DNA from: an uncultured delta proteobacterium
GTDB taxonomy: Bacteria > Myxococcota > Myxococcia > Myxococcales > Myxococcaceae
DNA length: 64,000 nt
Assembly: GCA_963776345.1 (NCBI GenBank)
Contig: CAVZMH010000007.1
Coordinates: forward strand, 42,709-106,708
Direction of reading: 5' to 3'
The position numbers and the translations under genes are program-made. This document shows, in pieces, positions 21,859 to 32,107 of the stretch. The first letter of the stretch is position 1, and every line of letters starts with the position of its first letter. The notes beneath the pieces are model-generated. The model was not told the DNA's origin. It saw nothing but the letters and a program-made list of their open reading frames with translations, and searched no databases.

Positions 21859-22229
21859 GCAAGAAGAAGGGCTCGGGCCCCGTGGCCGATCCCCCGAGGC
21901 TGAACGCTCCGTTCGCCGGGCTCGCCTCGCTCCGGGAGTCGCTCCCCGCGCAGGAGCGGCCGCCGCCCATGGCACCCGAGTCCGCGAAGGGCCCGTCCCG
22001 GGCGGTCGTCCGCTACGAGCGCAAGGGCCGCGGCGGCAAGGAAGCCACGCTCATCGAGCAGCTGACGCTCTCCCCTCGCGAGCGCGCCGAGTGGCTGCTG
22101 GCGATGAAGCAGGCCCTCGGGTGCGGCGGGACGCTGGAGGGCGAGGCGCTGGTGCTTCAGGGAGACCAGCGCCCCCGGGTCCGCGCCTGGCTCGAGGGGC
22201 GTGGCGTGTCGCACATCTCGGTGGGCTGA
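21855..22229 (+). CDS. yciH: SUI1/YciH family translation initiation factor
   Basis: RYERKGRGGKEAT, KQALGCGGT and LQGDQR motifs. GTGA overlap. Confidence 0.88.
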   Translation: MSKKKGSGPVADPPRLNAPFAGLASLRESLPAQERPPPMAPESAKGPSRAVVRYERKGRGGKEATLIEQLTLSPRERAEWLLAMKQALGCGGTLEGEALVLQGDQRPRVRAWLEGRGVSHISVG

Positions 22230-22253
22230 GCGAGCGGACGCGGCGTCGCGGCG

Positions 22254-23324
22254 TCACGCCTCGGGCGCGTCGGTCTGCTGCTGCCACCGGGGTCCCGTGT
22301 TCTCCACGAGCCAGCCAAGCGCCTCGGGCACCCCGCGGGCCATCGCCACCGCCGCGCCGAGGACCAGCACGGCGAGGCCGAGCGCCGCGGGCATCGAGAG
22401 CTGGCGCTCCCACTGCGTGGCGAGGCCCTCGTCGCCCGCCCAGCCGTAGAGCAGGACCAGGTGTGCCACGTACACGCCGAGCGAGCCCCGGCCCAGCGTC
22501 ACCAGCCCGGGCATCCGCCACACCGCCGCGGCGGAGAGGAGGCCGAGGGCGAGCATCGCCTCTCCCATCCGGTAGAAGGCCGGCCAGGGCGAGGCCGGTG
22601 CCCACTCCTCGAGCCCGGTCCACTCGAGCAGGAGCAGCAGCAGCCCGCCCGCCAGCAGGAGCGCCATCGTCCGGTGCCGGCGCTCCGGGAGCGCGGCGAC
22701 CAGCAGCGAGAGCGTGCCGCCGAGGAAGAAGAAGGCCGCCCAGGGGACGAGGGGGAAGTGGGCCTCGGGATGGCCCAGCAGCCCACGCCAGAGCCAGCCG
22801 GCATCGAGTCCGACCGGCCAGCTGACCGTGGCCACGAAGGGAATCCACAGCGCGAGGGTGCCCATCGCGCCGACGCGGCCCACCGGGCGTGGGAGCAGGC
22901 TGGTGAGCAGGACCCCGGCGACGATGCACCAGCCGATGCAGGGCAGGGCGTCGAAGGCGAGGAGGTGCGGCCAGAGCGTGCCCTCGGCCGCCATGGCCTG
23001 GGCGGCGGAGAGCCCCGGCCAGTGCAGCCCGTACCCGAGCGCGAGGACCAGCGCCGCCCTGCGGAGACGGCGCCCCACGGTGTCCGCATCCGCCGACCGG
23101 AGCGAGGCGACCAGCGCCCAGCCCGCCACCACCAGGAACAGCGGCGCGGTCAACCCCCGAAAGGACCAGTACAGGGTCACCAGCGGCGCGTCGCGGACGC
23201 GATCCTCGAGCGTCAGGTTCAGCGTGTGTCCGAACACCATGGCCACGACCGAGACGCCGCGGACGGCGTCCAGCCATGGATCGCGACGAGCGCGGAGAGA
23301 ACCGGGAAGGGTCGGCGGGCTCAC
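22254..23324 (-). CDS. DUF1624 / heparan-alpha-glucosaminide N-acetyltransferase-like membrane protein
   Basis: RDPWLDAVRG..MVFGH, APLFL..AG, FPLVPW and LGRGSLGVYVAH motifs. Confidence 0.8.
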   Translation of the reverse strand: MSPPTLPGSLRARRDPWLDAVRGVSVVAMVFGHTLNLTLEDRVRDAPLVTLYWSFRGLTAPLFLVVAGWALVASLRSADADTVGRRLRRAALVLALGYGLHWPGLSAAQAMAAEGTLWPHLLAFDALPCIGWCIVAGVLLTSLLPRPVGRVGAMGTLALWIPFVATVSWPVGLDAGWLWRGLLGHPEAHFPLVPWAAFFFLGGTLSLLVAALPERRHRTMALLLAGGLLLLLLEWTGLEEWAPASPWPAFYRMGEAMLALGLLSAAAVWRMPGLVTLGRGSLGVYVAHLVLLYGWAGDEGLATQWERQLSMPAALGLAVLVLGAAVAMARGVPEALGWLVENTGPRWQQQTDAPEA

Positions 23325-23410
23325 GAGCGAGGATGTCTCCCGGCGAGAGCAGACACCGGGGCGCACCGGGGGTTGCGACCGGTGCCGCTCCTGCAACCGG
23401 GGTTCTGGAG

Positions 23411-24415
23411 CTACAGCCCGGCGATCACCGCGTCGGTGAAGTCCTTGGTCGTCGCGGTCCCGCCGAGGTCGCCGGTGCGGACCCGTCCCTCGGAGTAGAC
23501 GCGCATCAGCGCCCGGTCGAGCCGGCGCGAGGCCTCGGTGAGCCCCAGCCAGTCGAGCATCATCACCGCGGACATCATCAGCGCGGTGGGGTTGGCGAGG
23601 TTCTTCCCGGCGATGTCGGGCGCGGTGCCGTGGACGGCCTCGAAGACCGCGGTGCGCTCGCCGATGTTGGCGCCGGGGACCACGCCCAGGCCGCCGACCA
23701 GGCCGGCGCAGAGGTCGGAGATGATGTCTCCGTAGAGGTTCTCCATCAGCAGCACGTCGTAGCGCTCGGGGTTGCGGACGAGCTGCATGCACATGTTGTC
23801 GACGATGACCTCCTCGTAGGTCACCTCGGGATAGTCGCGCGCCACCTTGCGGCAGCAGTCGAGGAAGAGGCCGTCCGAGAGCTTCATGATGTTGGCCTTG
23901 TGGACGGCGGTGACCTTCTTCCGGCCGTTCTTCCTCGCGTAGTCGAAGGCGTAGCGGGCGATGCGGCTGCTGGCCTTCTCGCTGATGATCTTCAGGCTCT
24001 CCACCACGCCGGGGACGACGATGTGCTCGAGGCCGGTGTAGAGGCTCTCGGTGTTCTCGCGGACCACCACCAGGTCCACGTTCTCGTAGCGGGTGCGCAC
24101 GTTGGGGACGGAGCGGACGGGGCGGAGCGCCGCGTAGAGGTCCAGCCCCTTGCGCAGGGCCACGTTGGCCGAGGGGAGGCCGGCGCCGATCTGCGTGCCG
24201 GTGGGCCCCTTGAGGGCCACGCCGTTCTTGAGCACCGAGTCCAGCGTCTCGCGAGGCATGTTGGTTCCGTACTTGCTGATGACCTCCGACCCGGCGTCGC
24301 AGTGCTCGAACTCCAGCGGGACGTGGAGGGCCTCCAGCACCCGGACCGTCGCCGCCATCACCTCGGGGCCGATCCCGTCGCCGGGGATGAGGGAGACCTT
24401 GCGTTGTTCCGTCAT
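23411..24415 (-). CDS. icd: NAD-dependent isocitrate/isopropylmalate dehydrogenase family enzyme (probably IDH)
   Basis: [38 protein letters not shown] and [13 protein letters not shown] motifs. Confidence 0.88.
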   Translation of the reverse strand: MTEQRKVSLIPGDGIGPEVMAATVRVLEALHVPLEFEHCDAGSEVISKYGTNMPRETLDSVLKNGVALKGPTGTQIGAGLPSANVALRKGLDLYAALRPVRSVPNVRTRYENVDLVVVRENTESLYTGLEHIVVPGVVESLKIISEKASSRIARYAFDYARKNGRKKVTAVHKANIMKLSDGLFLDCCRKVARDYPEVTYEEVIVDNMCMQLVRNPERYDVLLMENLYGDIISDLCAGLVGGLGVVPGANIGERTAVFEAVHGTAPDIAGKNLANPTALMMSAVMMLDWLGLTEASRRLDRALMRVYSEGRVRTGDLGGTATTKDFTDAVIAGL

Positions 24416-24481
24416 TGGCCCTCTCTACCGCAACTCCCGCGTTGTCAGGGGTGGTAGCGTCCGGTCTCCGTTCGATCGAGC

Positions 24482-25564
24482 ATGGACGCCCGGGTGCTCC
24501 AGCGCCTGCGCCGCAAGGTTCAGCGCGGCGAGCGCCTCTCCGAGGCGGAGATGCGACGCCTGCGCACCGCGGCCGACGTGGAGGGCGGGGTCACCCTGAG
24601 CATCACCCTGGGTCTGGCCCTCTCCAATGCCGGCTCGGACGCCGAGGCGCTCTCGGTGCTCGCCGGGGCGGGACAGCAGGGCGAGCCGGCGGCGGCCCAG
24701 GCCCGGGCGCGGGCGCTGGTCCGTGCCGGGCGGCTGGACGAGGCGGAGCGCGTGCTGGGCGAGGCGGCCGCGGCCCATCCCCGCGACGTCGGGCTCCGGA
24801 AGGGGATGCTGCTGCTCGCGCTCCGGCGGGGAGACCTGGCGGCGGCCGGGCGGGCGCTGGCGGACGTGCGGGTGCTGGCGCCCGACGACGAGGATGCCCG
24901 GGCCCTGTCCGAGGCGCTGGCCTCCGGCTCCGGTGGCGGGGCGCTCGAGGTGCTGCTCGGCGCGGCCTGGGAGTGGTTCGGGAAGGCTGGCGCGTGGGAG
25001 CACGGGGGCCTCCGCGCGACCTGGACCGAGGAGGAGCCGGCGGCGGGGGCGCAGGACGTCCTGGCGCACGTGGTGCCCGTGCTGACGGAGGTGGCGGATC
25101 CCGGGTTGCTCTTCCGCGAGGGCCCGGCAGGCCTGATGGTGACCTACGTGAGCGATGGGGTGGCGGTCGGGCCGGGGAGCGCGCCGCTGTCGCTCGAGGC
25201 GGTGGACGCGACCGCGTGGAAGCACCTCGAGGCGCGGCCCGCGGAGCCGCGCGCGGTCATCGTCGATCGCGGTCGCCCTCGGCTGTCGCCGGAGCCGCTC
25301 GGGCTCTGGGCGCTGTGCGAGGCTGACGGCGCGGACGGGGCGCGGTTGCTCACCGAGGGCCAACGGCGGCGCCTGTTCGAGACGGTGGGCGCGGGGCCGT
25401 ACCGCGTCTCGCTGGCGAGGCGCGAGCTCGCGCTGGTGGCTCCGCTCCTGGACCCCACGGCGGTGGCGCTGCTGGAGTCGGTGGAGACCGGACCCGAGGG
25501 CATCCCGGGTCGATTCGTCCTCCACCCGGACGGAACGCTGCAGCGGATCTCGCCCCCGAGCTGA
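24482..25564 (+). CDS. TPR-containing hypothetical protein
   Basis: N-terminal TPR-like helices and a distinct C-terminal domain (DGADGARLLT). Confidence 0.7.
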   Translation: MDARVLQRLRRKVQRGERLSEAEMRRLRTAADVEGGVTLSITLGLALSNAGSDAEALSVLAGAGQQGEPAAAQARARALVRAGRLDEAERVLGEAAAAHPRDVGLRKGMLLLALRRGDLAAAGRALADVRVLAPDDEDARALSEALASGSGGGALEVLLGAAWEWFGKAGAWEHGGLRATWTEEEPAAGAQDVLAHVVPVLTEVADPGLLFREGPAGLMVTYVSDGVAVGPGSAPLSLEAVDATAWKHLEARPAEPRAVIVDRGRPRLSPEPLGLWALCEADGADGARLLTEGQRRRLFETVGAGPYRVSLARRELALVAPLLDPTAVALLESVETGPEGIPGRFVLHPDGTLQRISPPS

Positions 25565-25566
25565 GC

Positions 25567-25602
25567 CCCGGGGAGGTCCCGGGGAGGTGCCAGACACCTC
25601 GT
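25567..25602. repeat. REP-like palindrome copy 2 between convergent genes, with 11-bp tandem duplication
   Basis: CCCGGGGAGGT x2 leads into GAGGTGC-CAG-ACACCTC (25584-25600). Confidence 0.6.
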
Positions 25603-25630
25603 GCCCCCCGCCGTGGGCGCCTCGGCGGGT

Positions 25631-26266
25631 TCAGCCCGCGCCGGACGACGGGACGGCGTCCACGAAGACCACCTCGCGGAAGCCGAGCGAGAGCAGCAGC
25701 CCGGTGAGCGCCCGCTCGGCGCTTCCGCGCGCCCTGGCCTGCAGCGCGGGGTCGGCCATCACCTCGCGCTCGAACGCGCTCCGGGCCAGCTCGAGGAGCT
25801 GCGCCGTCTGGGCCGAGTCGAGGTTGCTGGAGATGATCTCCGTCTCCCCGGGGCGCAGCTCGACCTGCGCCTGGAGCGGCGGGAGCGCGACCTCGATGCG
25901 GCTCCCCTGGATCCGGAGCCGCCGGGCGTCGAGCCGCGCGAGATCCACGCCGAGGTGCACCGTCCCGAAGACGATGGCCCGCCCGCGCGTGGGGAAGAGC
26001 GAGGACTTCGCCCAGGCCAACACCTCGCTCCACAGCGCGCCGCTGGGAGTCGGCTCGGGCGCGTAGGAGATCTTCTTGTAGAGCGCGAGATCCAGCGTCT
26101 CGAGCCGCGCCACCTCGCGCATCCGCTCCACGACCAGCGGCGTCGGCGGCACCGACGGGACCGACGTCCGGTGGACGAGCGTCCACACGGCGAGCGCGCC
26201 CAGCGCCACGCCGGCGAGCAGGAGCAGGACCGTCCGGAGCGTCGTGCCGCGAGGAGCGCCGTTCAC
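25631..26266 (-). CDS. DUF4230 family membrane-anchored protein
   Basis: N-terminal TM, then VVERMREVARLET, GTVHLGVDL, IEVALPP and LLSLGFREV. Confidence 0.8.
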   Translation of the reverse strand: MNGAPRGTTLRTVLLLLAGVALGALAVWTLVHRTSVPSVPPTPLVVERMREVARLETLDLALYKKISYAPEPTPSGALWSEVLAWAKSSLFPTRGRAIVFGTVHLGVDLARLDARRLRIQGSRIEVALPPLQAQVELRPGETEIISSNLDSAQTAQLLELARSAFEREVMADPALQARARGSAERALTGLLLSLGFREVVFVDAVPSSGAG

Positions 26267-26462
26267 CAGGCGGCGGAGCCTACTGCCGCCGGCGGTGGGT
26301 CGGTGCGTCCCGGGGCCCGAGCGTCAGCGTCGACTGGCGAGGGCCGGTCGCGGCTCGAGCACTGGCACGCCTCGACGGCGGGTGATCGCTCACCACGGCC
26401 GAGCACCTCCCCCGGGCGTCGGAGCGCCGGGCGCGGAGGGGGATGCCGTCCCTTCTTCGATG

Positions 26463-26485
26463 TTGACTTTGAGAATCGTTCTCAA
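26463..26485 (+). promoter_or_regulatory. -35 (TTGACT) followed immediately by a Fur-box-like palindrome
   Basis: TTGAGAA-TCG-TTCTCAA perfect inverted repeat at 26469-26485 in an AT-rich island 36 nt upstream of the ATG. Confidence 0.7.
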
Positions 26486-26521
26486 CTAGACGCAGGACCC
26501 TCTCGGAGGGGTCGCCCCGCA

Positions 26522-27319
26522 ATGTCCCGCTTCTGGCCATCCGCCCTGCTGGTCTCCGTGCTGCTCGGCATCCTGCTCGCCCCGCTCGCCGCCCGGGCGA
26601 ACGAGCGTCACTTCTCGTACACCTACGAATCCGCGGTCCTCGCTCCGGGCGAGAAGGAGATCGAGGTCTGGACGACGTACCGCAACGGCCGCGACACCCG
26701 CTACACCCGGTTCGACGAGCGGATGGAGTTCGAGGTCGGCCTGCTGCCCGGCCTGCAGACCTCGTTCTACCTGAACCTCACCGGCGTCGGTCAGGAGGTG
26801 GACGGCCAGCTGGCGACGGGCACCGAGCTGTCCGTGAGCAACGAGTGGAAGTGGCGCCTGCTCGACGGGGCCGTGGACGGCATCGGGCTCGCGCTCTACG
26901 GCGAGATCACGGGCTCCGTGGACGAGCTGGAGCTCGAGGGCAAGCTGATCATCGACAAGCGCATCGGGAATCTGCTCATCGCGGCCAACTTCGTCGCCGA
27001 GCACGAGTGGGGGTACGGCATCGGCACCACGGCAAAGGAGCTCCACCTCGACGGCTTCCTCGCCGCCTCCTGGTTCTTCACCCCGCGGTTCTCGATCGGT
27101 CTGGAGGCCTGGAACGCGAACATCATCGCCGAGGGGGTCTGGGAGCACTCGGCGTTCTTCCTCGGTCCGGCGGTGTCGTACGCGGGGGACGGATGGTGGG
27201 TGAGCTTCACCGCGCTCCCGCAGCTCCCCGCCTTCAAGCCGTCGGAGGGTGGGGGCAAGTACGTGTTCACCGACTACGAGCGGTTCCAGGCGCGGCTGCT
27301 GTTCTCGTTCCACATCTAG
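26522..27319 (+). CDS. Putative outer-membrane beta-barrel protein (DUF6662-like)
   Basis: Signal peptide ending ARA, then ERHFSYTYE..L.PGEKEIEVW, SNEWKW, ALYGE and ELEGKLIIDK. Alternating beta pattern with aromatic C-terminus. Confidence 0.75.
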   Translation: MSRFWPSALLVSVLLGILLAPLAARANERHFSYTYESAVLAPGEKEIEVWTTYRNGRDTRYTRFDERMEFEVGLLPGLQTSFYLNLTGVGQEVDGQLATGTELSVSNEWKWRLLDGAVDGIGLALYGEITGSVDELELEGKLIIDKRIGNLLIAANFVAEHEWGYGIGTTAKELHLDGFLAASWFFTPRFSIGLEAWNANIIAEGVWEHSAFFLGPAVSYAGDGWWVSFTALPQLPAFKPSEGGGKYVFTDYERFQARLLFSFHI

Positions 27320-27340
27320 GGTGGTGCTAGCCTGGGGCGC

Positions 27341-27562
27341 ATGCTCGGGCGGCTGCTCTCCCTGGTGCTCGGACTCGCGGTGGTGGCGTTCATCGCCTAC
27401 TGGACGCTGAACCACGTCGCTGGGGCGGCGCGGCCTGACCCGGAAGGTCGCTCGCAGCCCAAGGCGATGCTGGACCACACCCGGGAGGCGACGAAGCGGA
27501 TCGAGCAGGACGCCGAGCAGAGGATCCGCGCCACCGAGCGGAAGCTGGACGAGGCGCGCTGA
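27341..27562 (+). CDS. Small membrane-anchored coiled-coil protein
   Basis: One N-terminal TM helix and a charged helical tail. Confidence 0.65.
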   Translation: MLGRLLSLVLGLAVVAFIAYWTLNHVAGAARPDPEGRSQPKAMLDHTREATKRIEQDAEQRIRATERKLDEAR

Positions 27563-27572
27563 GCCTGGACGG

Positions 27573-27935
27573 CTACGACCGGCCGGGCTTCTGGTACGAG
27601 ACCGTCACCACCGTCCCGATGCCGCCGCGGACGAACCAGTCGCCCACCACGGTGAGCGAACGCGGCGAGAGGGCGGCGACCAGGTCGTCGCGGACGCGGT
27701 TGGTCACCGCCTCGTGGAACGCCCCCTCGTTCCGGAAGCTCCAGAAGTAGAGCTTGAGGCTCTTCAGCTCCACGCACCGCTGGTCCGGCACGTAGCGAAT
27801 CTTGAAGTGCGCGAAGTCCGGCTGCCCGGTCAGGGGACAGAGACAGGTGAACTCCGGCAGGTCGAAGGCGATCTCGTAGTCGCGGTCCGGCGAGGGGTTG
27901 GGGAAGGTCTCCAGGGTCTTGGTCGGTCCTGCCAT
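27573..27935 (-). CDS. queF: PreQ1 synthase (NADPH-dependent nitrile reductase, short form)
   Basis: [35 protein letters not shown] and RGGI motifs. Confidence 0.96.
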   Translation of the reverse strand: MAGPTKTLETFPNPSPDRDYEIAFDLPEFTCLCPLTGQPDFAHFKIRYVPDQRCVELKSLKLYFWSFRNEGAFHEAVTNRVRDDLVAALSPRSLTVVGDWFVRGGIGTVVTVSYQKPGRS

Positions 27936-27976
27936 GGGGGAGAGCCCATAGCACCGGCGCCCGCCGCCCGCCCGGG

Positions 27977-28717
27977 TCAGCGGAGGTCGGCGAAGCTGCC
28001 CAGGGTGACTCCCGCCTGGGCGAGCGCGCGCCGGGCGGCCGCCGAGGTCAGAGTGGCGAGCTCCACCGCCCGCTGCAGGGCGTAGCTGGTGTGGGTCTCG
28101 CGTGGCGGGTACCCCGGATGGCACATCAGCTCGGTGGTCCCCTCCGATAGCCCGGCCACCGTCCCGGCGAAGCGCAGCTTGGTCCAGTACGCCTCCCCGC
28201 CCGCCTCGCCCACGAAGTGGTCGGTGGTCCGGATGCTGGACCGGCGGAGCCGTGCGCGCATCTCCTCGTCGAGCGCTCGCACCGGCAACCCATGCCGCGC
28301 GGCGACCTGGGCCAGCCCCTCGAGCACGGCCGGGAACCGATGAAGATGCCGGTGCACGTCCAGGTGCGTGGGAGGCCTCCCGAGCAAGGCCTCGGCCCGG
28401 GCGAGCTGGGCCTCCGCCTCCCCGGCGACCACCTCGGCCGTGAGCGCGCCGACCCGCGACTCGTCGAAGGTTCCGGCGCGGAGCATCGCCGGCGGGAACC
28501 GCGGCGCGAGCGGAGCGCCCCGCGAGAGGTTCAGGTGCAGCCCCACCGAGAGCCCGCGGGCGAGCGTCGCGCCGTGCTCGGAGTGCGGCAAGTTGACCAT
28601 CAGCGTCGCCGAGCTCACCACGCCGCTCCGCATCGCCAGGACGATGCCCTCGCTCACCGCCGGGTCGTAGCCCAGGTCGTCGGCGTTGATGATCAGCCGC
28701 CGCACGGGCGCGCTCAT
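27977..28717 (-). CDS. ChbG/YdjC/HpnK family carbohydrate deacetylase
   Basis: [27 protein letters not shown] and ELMCHPG motifs. Confidence 0.9.
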   Translation of the reverse strand: MSAPVRRLIINADDLGYDPAVSEGIVLAMRSGVVSSATLMVNLPHSEHGATLARGLSVGLHLNLSRGAPLAPRFPPAMLRAGTFDESRVGALTAEVVAGEAEAQLARAEALLGRPPTHLDVHRHLHRFPAVLEGLAQVAARHGLPVRALDEEMRARLRRSSIRTTDHFVGEAGGEAYWTKLRFAGTVAGLSEGTTELMCHPGYPPRETHTSYALQRAVELATLTSAAARRALAQAGVTLGSFADLR

Positions 28718-30765
28718 GGGCGACACTCGGCGATGTAGCGGGGGGCCTGCTCGGGGAACCGGTCCGCGAGCTCCTTCTTCAACGCCTCGGCCTCCGTCCC
28801 CCGCTTGTTCTGGGCGAGCAGGGCGCAGAGGGCGCCGAGGGGCCGCGGATCGCTCGGGGCGAGCTTGTCGGCCACGCGGTACTCGGCCTCGGCAGCGGGG
28901 ACGTCTCCCTGCTGGGTGAGCGCCGCGCCCAGGTAGTAGTGCGCCTTGGCCAGGTTGGGCGAGCGGCCCAGCGCCGCGCGCAGGAGCCGCATCGCGTCCG
29001 CGGGCTGGTTCTGGCGGAGCTTCACGAAGCCGAGCTCGGCCGCGGCGCCCGCGTGGAAGCGGTGCTTGAGCACGGCGTTGAGCACGCCCGAGGCCTCGTC
29101 CAGCCGGCCTGCCTGGCTGAGCAGCTCCCCGCGGCGGACGGCGATCTCCCGGTCGTTGGGGGCCTTCTTGCTGGCGGAGGTCAGGGCGTCGAGCATCCCG
29201 GCCGCGTCGCCCCGCAGCCGGCGCAGGTCGGCCCGGAGCAGGTCCGGCCGGGGGTCGTCCGGAGCGAGGGCGATGGCCCGGTCGATGGCGGCGTCGGCTC
29301 GCTTCCCGAGCCGCAGGCCCACGCAGGCCCGCGCCTCCTGGAGCGCCGCCTCCAGCGACTTCGGATACCGCCGGGCGAACGCCTGGGTGACCTCCAGCGC
29401 GCCCTCGAGATCGGGGCTCTGCAGCGCCAGCTCACCCGCCCGGCGGAGCTCCGCCTCGGTGGCACCGGGCTCCTCGGCGAGCACGGTCAGCTCGTGCATC
29501 CGCTGCGCCGGGGTGGCGGCCTTCTCCGCGAGCTGGAGCCGGTCCGCCACGGTGCGCTCGGGCCGTCTCATGAAGGCGATGCCCCCGGCCACCACCACCA
29601 CCACGAGCGCCACCGGGCCCAGCACCTCGACCCGCAGCAGCTTCTGCCTCGCCCACCCTCCCCAGCGCTTCCAGGCCGGCGGAGCCGAGGGCGCGGCCTT
29701 GGTCACCTTCCGCGGCGGGCGGCTCTCCTCGCGCGGGGGCAAGAGGTCCAGCGCGGTCGCGTCCGGAGAGCGGGTCGGCGTGGAGGGATCGGCGAGCCGG
29801 GCGCGGCGCAGGGCGATGCGCTTGGGGTCTTCCTCGGCCGGGAAGACCTCAGTGACGTACGCCGCGACCTCCTCGGGGATGGCCACGCGGGCGGGCCCAC
29901 CCACCGACTCGATGGCGGCGATGAACTCGTGGAGCGACGGGAACCGCCGGGACGGGTCCTTGGACAGCGCGGTGAGGCAGACCAGCTCCAGCGCCAGCGG
30001 CACCGAGGGGTCGAACTCGGTGGGCCGCTTCGGCTTGCCCTCGGTGATGCGGTTCAGCACCTCCTCGGTGTTCAGGCCGGTGAACGGGCGGCGCCCGCAG
30101 AGCTGCTCGTAGAGCATCACCCCGGCGGCGAAGAGGTCCGCCCGGTGGTCCACGTCCAGGCCGGCGATCATCTCCGGCGACATGTAGAAGAACTTGCCCT
30201 TCAGCGTCCCGGGCTCGGTGCCCCCGGGGACGGCGGCCGACTTGGCGATGCCGAAGTCGATGACCTTCACCTCGCCGGTGACGCTGACGTGGATGTTGTC
30301 CGGGGTGAAGTCGCGGTGGACGATCTGCAGCTCCTGGCCCTTCGGGTCCACGGCGCGGTGCGCGGCGTCCAGCCCCCGGCAGGCCTCGGTGAGCACCCGT
30401 AGCGTGACGCCCAGCGGCACGCGCCGGCCCATCTGCGCGGCGGTCTGCCGGAGCTCGGCGAAGCTGTGGCCCTCCAGCAGCTCCATCGCGATGAAGGGCT
30501 CGGCCTGCACGTGGCCTAGGTCCAGGACGCGGACCACGTTGGGGTGGTCGATCTGCCGGGTGATCTCCGCCTCGTTGAGGAACATCCGGACGATGGCTGC
30601 GTCCGAGGTCAGGTGGGGGAGGAGCCGCTTCACCGCCACCGCAGGCCCGAACCGCCCGTCTGCCTGGAGCGCCCGTCCCAGGTACACCTCGGCCATGCCG
30701 CCCGTCGCGATGCGCGACGTCAGGCGGTACCGGCCGAACCAGGACGAGCTCGTGCTGAGGGTCAA
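28714..30765 (-). CDS. Membrane Ser/Thr protein kinase with C-terminal TPRs
   Basis: [27 protein letters not shown], one TM helix, then TPR repeats. Start uncertain (TTG at 30765). Confidence 0.92.
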   Translation of the reverse strand: MTLSTSSSWFGRYRLTSRIATGGMAEVYLGRALQADGRFGPAVAVKRLLPHLTSDAAIVRMFLNEAEITRQIDHPNVVRVLDLGHVQAEPFIAMELLEGHSFAELRQTAAQMGRRVPLGVTLRVLTEACRGLDAAHRAVDPKGQELQIVHRDFTPDNIHVSVTGEVKVIDFGIAKSAAVPGGTEPGTLKGKFFYMSPEMIAGLDVDHRADLFAAGVMLYEQLCGRRPFTGLNTEEVLNRITEGKPKRPTEFDPSVPLALELVCLTALSKDPSRRFPSLHEFIAAIESVGGPARVAIPEEVAAYVTEVFPAEEDPKRIALRRARLADPSTPTRSPDATALDLLPPREESRPPRKVTKAAPSAPPAWKRWGGWARQKLLRVEVLGPVALVVVVVAGGIAFMRRPERTVADRLQLAEKAATPAQRMHELTVLAEEPGATEAELRRAGELALQSPDLEGALEVTQAFARRYPKSLEAALQEARACVGLRLGKRADAAIDRAIALAPDDPRPDLLRADLRRLRGDAAGMLDALTSASKKAPNDREIAVRRGELLSQAGRLDEASGVLNAVLKHRFHAGAAAELGFVKLRQNQPADAMRLLRAALGRSPNLAKAHYYLGAALTQQGDVPAAEAEYRVADKLAPSDPRPLGALCALLAQNKRGTEAEALKKELADRFPEQAPRYIAECRP

Positions 30766-30817
30766 CGGGTTCGGAAGTCTACACCGCCCTCGTCGGCCAA
30801 CCCCTCGGAGGATGGCG

Positions 30818-31780
30818 CTACAGCGCGACCCCGAGGCCGATCCACGGCCCCTGGTACCGCTCGGAGTGGGGGACGCCGTCCACGAGGCCCCGGTCGTCGA
30901 GGTAGGTCCAGTGGTATCCGCCACGGATCGCGATGGGCCCCCAGCCGAGGCTCACCCCGGCGAAGGCGTCGAACTCCACGAAGGGGGTGGGCGTGTAGCT
31001 CACCTGGCCCTCGAGCCCCAGCGGCCCGAGCAGGCCGAGCGCCGCCGACACGCCGAGCGAAGGTCCGATGCGTGACAGGTCCGGGGCGAAGGCGCCGCTG
31101 GCACCGAGGTGCAGCCGGAGGCGACCCAGTGGCCCGCTCAGCAGGGCGTAGGTGAGGTGCAGGTGGACGACGTTGATGGTGTCCGTCCCCGGCCCGTCGA
31201 GCGAGTCCAGGTAGAAGCCGTTCCACTGCGCGAGGACGCCCCAGTGCTCGCCCTCCACCCCGAGCCCGAGCCCGAAGGCGCTGCCCTTGGACTCGACGGT
31301 CTGGCCGTAGCCGGTGAAGCTCACGATGCTCCGCCTGACCGTGCGCTCGGGCTCGAGCGGCAACCCGTCCTCGTCGACGGGAACACCCGGAGGGGGCGGC
31401 GGAAGGTTGCTCGGCGGGTAGATGCCCCGGTCGTAGACGCCCTGCGGGTAGCTGCCCGGCGGGTAGGTGCCGGGAGGGTAGGTGCCGGGAGGGTAGGAGG
31501 CGCCGTACGGCGCGACGACGGTCGGCGGCCCCCACGGGTCCCAGAGCCAGCCGCGGTAGCCGAATCCCCACCCGTACACGTAGGGCGCAGGGACGGGCTG
31601 GACGACGGGGGGCGCCCCGCGCGGGACCCACCCGCCACCGGCGCTCCCGCCCGACGTGGGGGGCGGGGGAGCTGGCCGCGGCGGCGCGGTGCGCATGCCG
31701 AACCGTCCCTGGGCGAGCGACGGGCCGGCGGTGAGGAGGACACCGACGAGCAGCGGGAGCAGTCGAAGACGAGAGAACAT
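30818..31780 (-). CDS. Secreted protein with Pro-rich YPPG repeats and a beta-barrel-like C-terminus
   Basis: Signal peptide (PSLA-Q), YPPGT repeats, C-terminal amphipathic strands ending GPWIGLGVAL. Confidence 0.7.
   Translation of the reverse strand: MFSRLRLLPLLVGVLLTAGPSLAQGRFGMRTAPPRPAPPPPTSGGSAGGGWVPRGAPPVVQPVPAPYVYGWGFGYRGWLWDPWGPPTVVAPYGASYPPGTYPPGTYPPGSYPQGVYDRGIYPPSNLPPPPPGVPVDEDGLPLEPERTVRRSIVSFTGYGQTVESKGSAFGLGLGVEGEHWGVLAQWNGFYLDSLDGPGTDTINVVHLHLTYALLSGPLGRLRLHLGASGAFAPDLSRIGPSLGVSAALGLLGPLGLEGQVSYTPTPFVEFDAFAGVSLGWGPIAIRGGYHWTYLDDRGLVDGVPHSERYQGPWIGLGVAL
31446..31497. repeat. 15-bp coding tandem repeat (YPPG[T/S])
   Basis: GGGTAGGTGCCGGGA x2 plus flanking degenerate copies. Confidence 0.8.
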
Positions 31781-32107
31781 CGGTGCGCTCTTCCGACGCT
31801 GCGAGATCTCGCGGGATTCATCCAGGGGGACTCCCGGACAATCGCCCCGTCCCTGGCCGCCCGGCCGACCCCCGCCGCGAGAAGGCCTGCACATCCGCGC
31901 GTTGCCGCGAGACCGGGCTCCGGGCATGAAGCCCGCGTAGCAGACAAGGGAGACGGCGATGCGCAGGCAGAGCAGGGACCCGGGGCTGGGTCACACCGCG
32001 CGTGGATTCCGGAGACTCGGGGAACTCGACGGAGACCCGGGCGCGGGCGGTTTCGGCGAGGTGCTGGTGGGCGCCGGCCGCGGGGCTGCGAGCACGTCGG
32101 TGTTCCC

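Noticed and set aside
7993..27935. queC + queF as a 7-deazaguanine DNA-modification (dpd) or Qat-type defence system
   Set aside because: Both are canonical, about 19 kb apart in housekeeping contexts, with no dpdA, TatD, ATPase or nuclease partners. This is ordinary queuosine synthesis. No preQ1 riboswitch was recognisable.
31781..32107. Riboswitch upstream of the YeiH exporter
   Set aside because: No recognisable aptamer consensus, only a short palindrome GCGAGATCTCGC. An Rfam scan would be needed.
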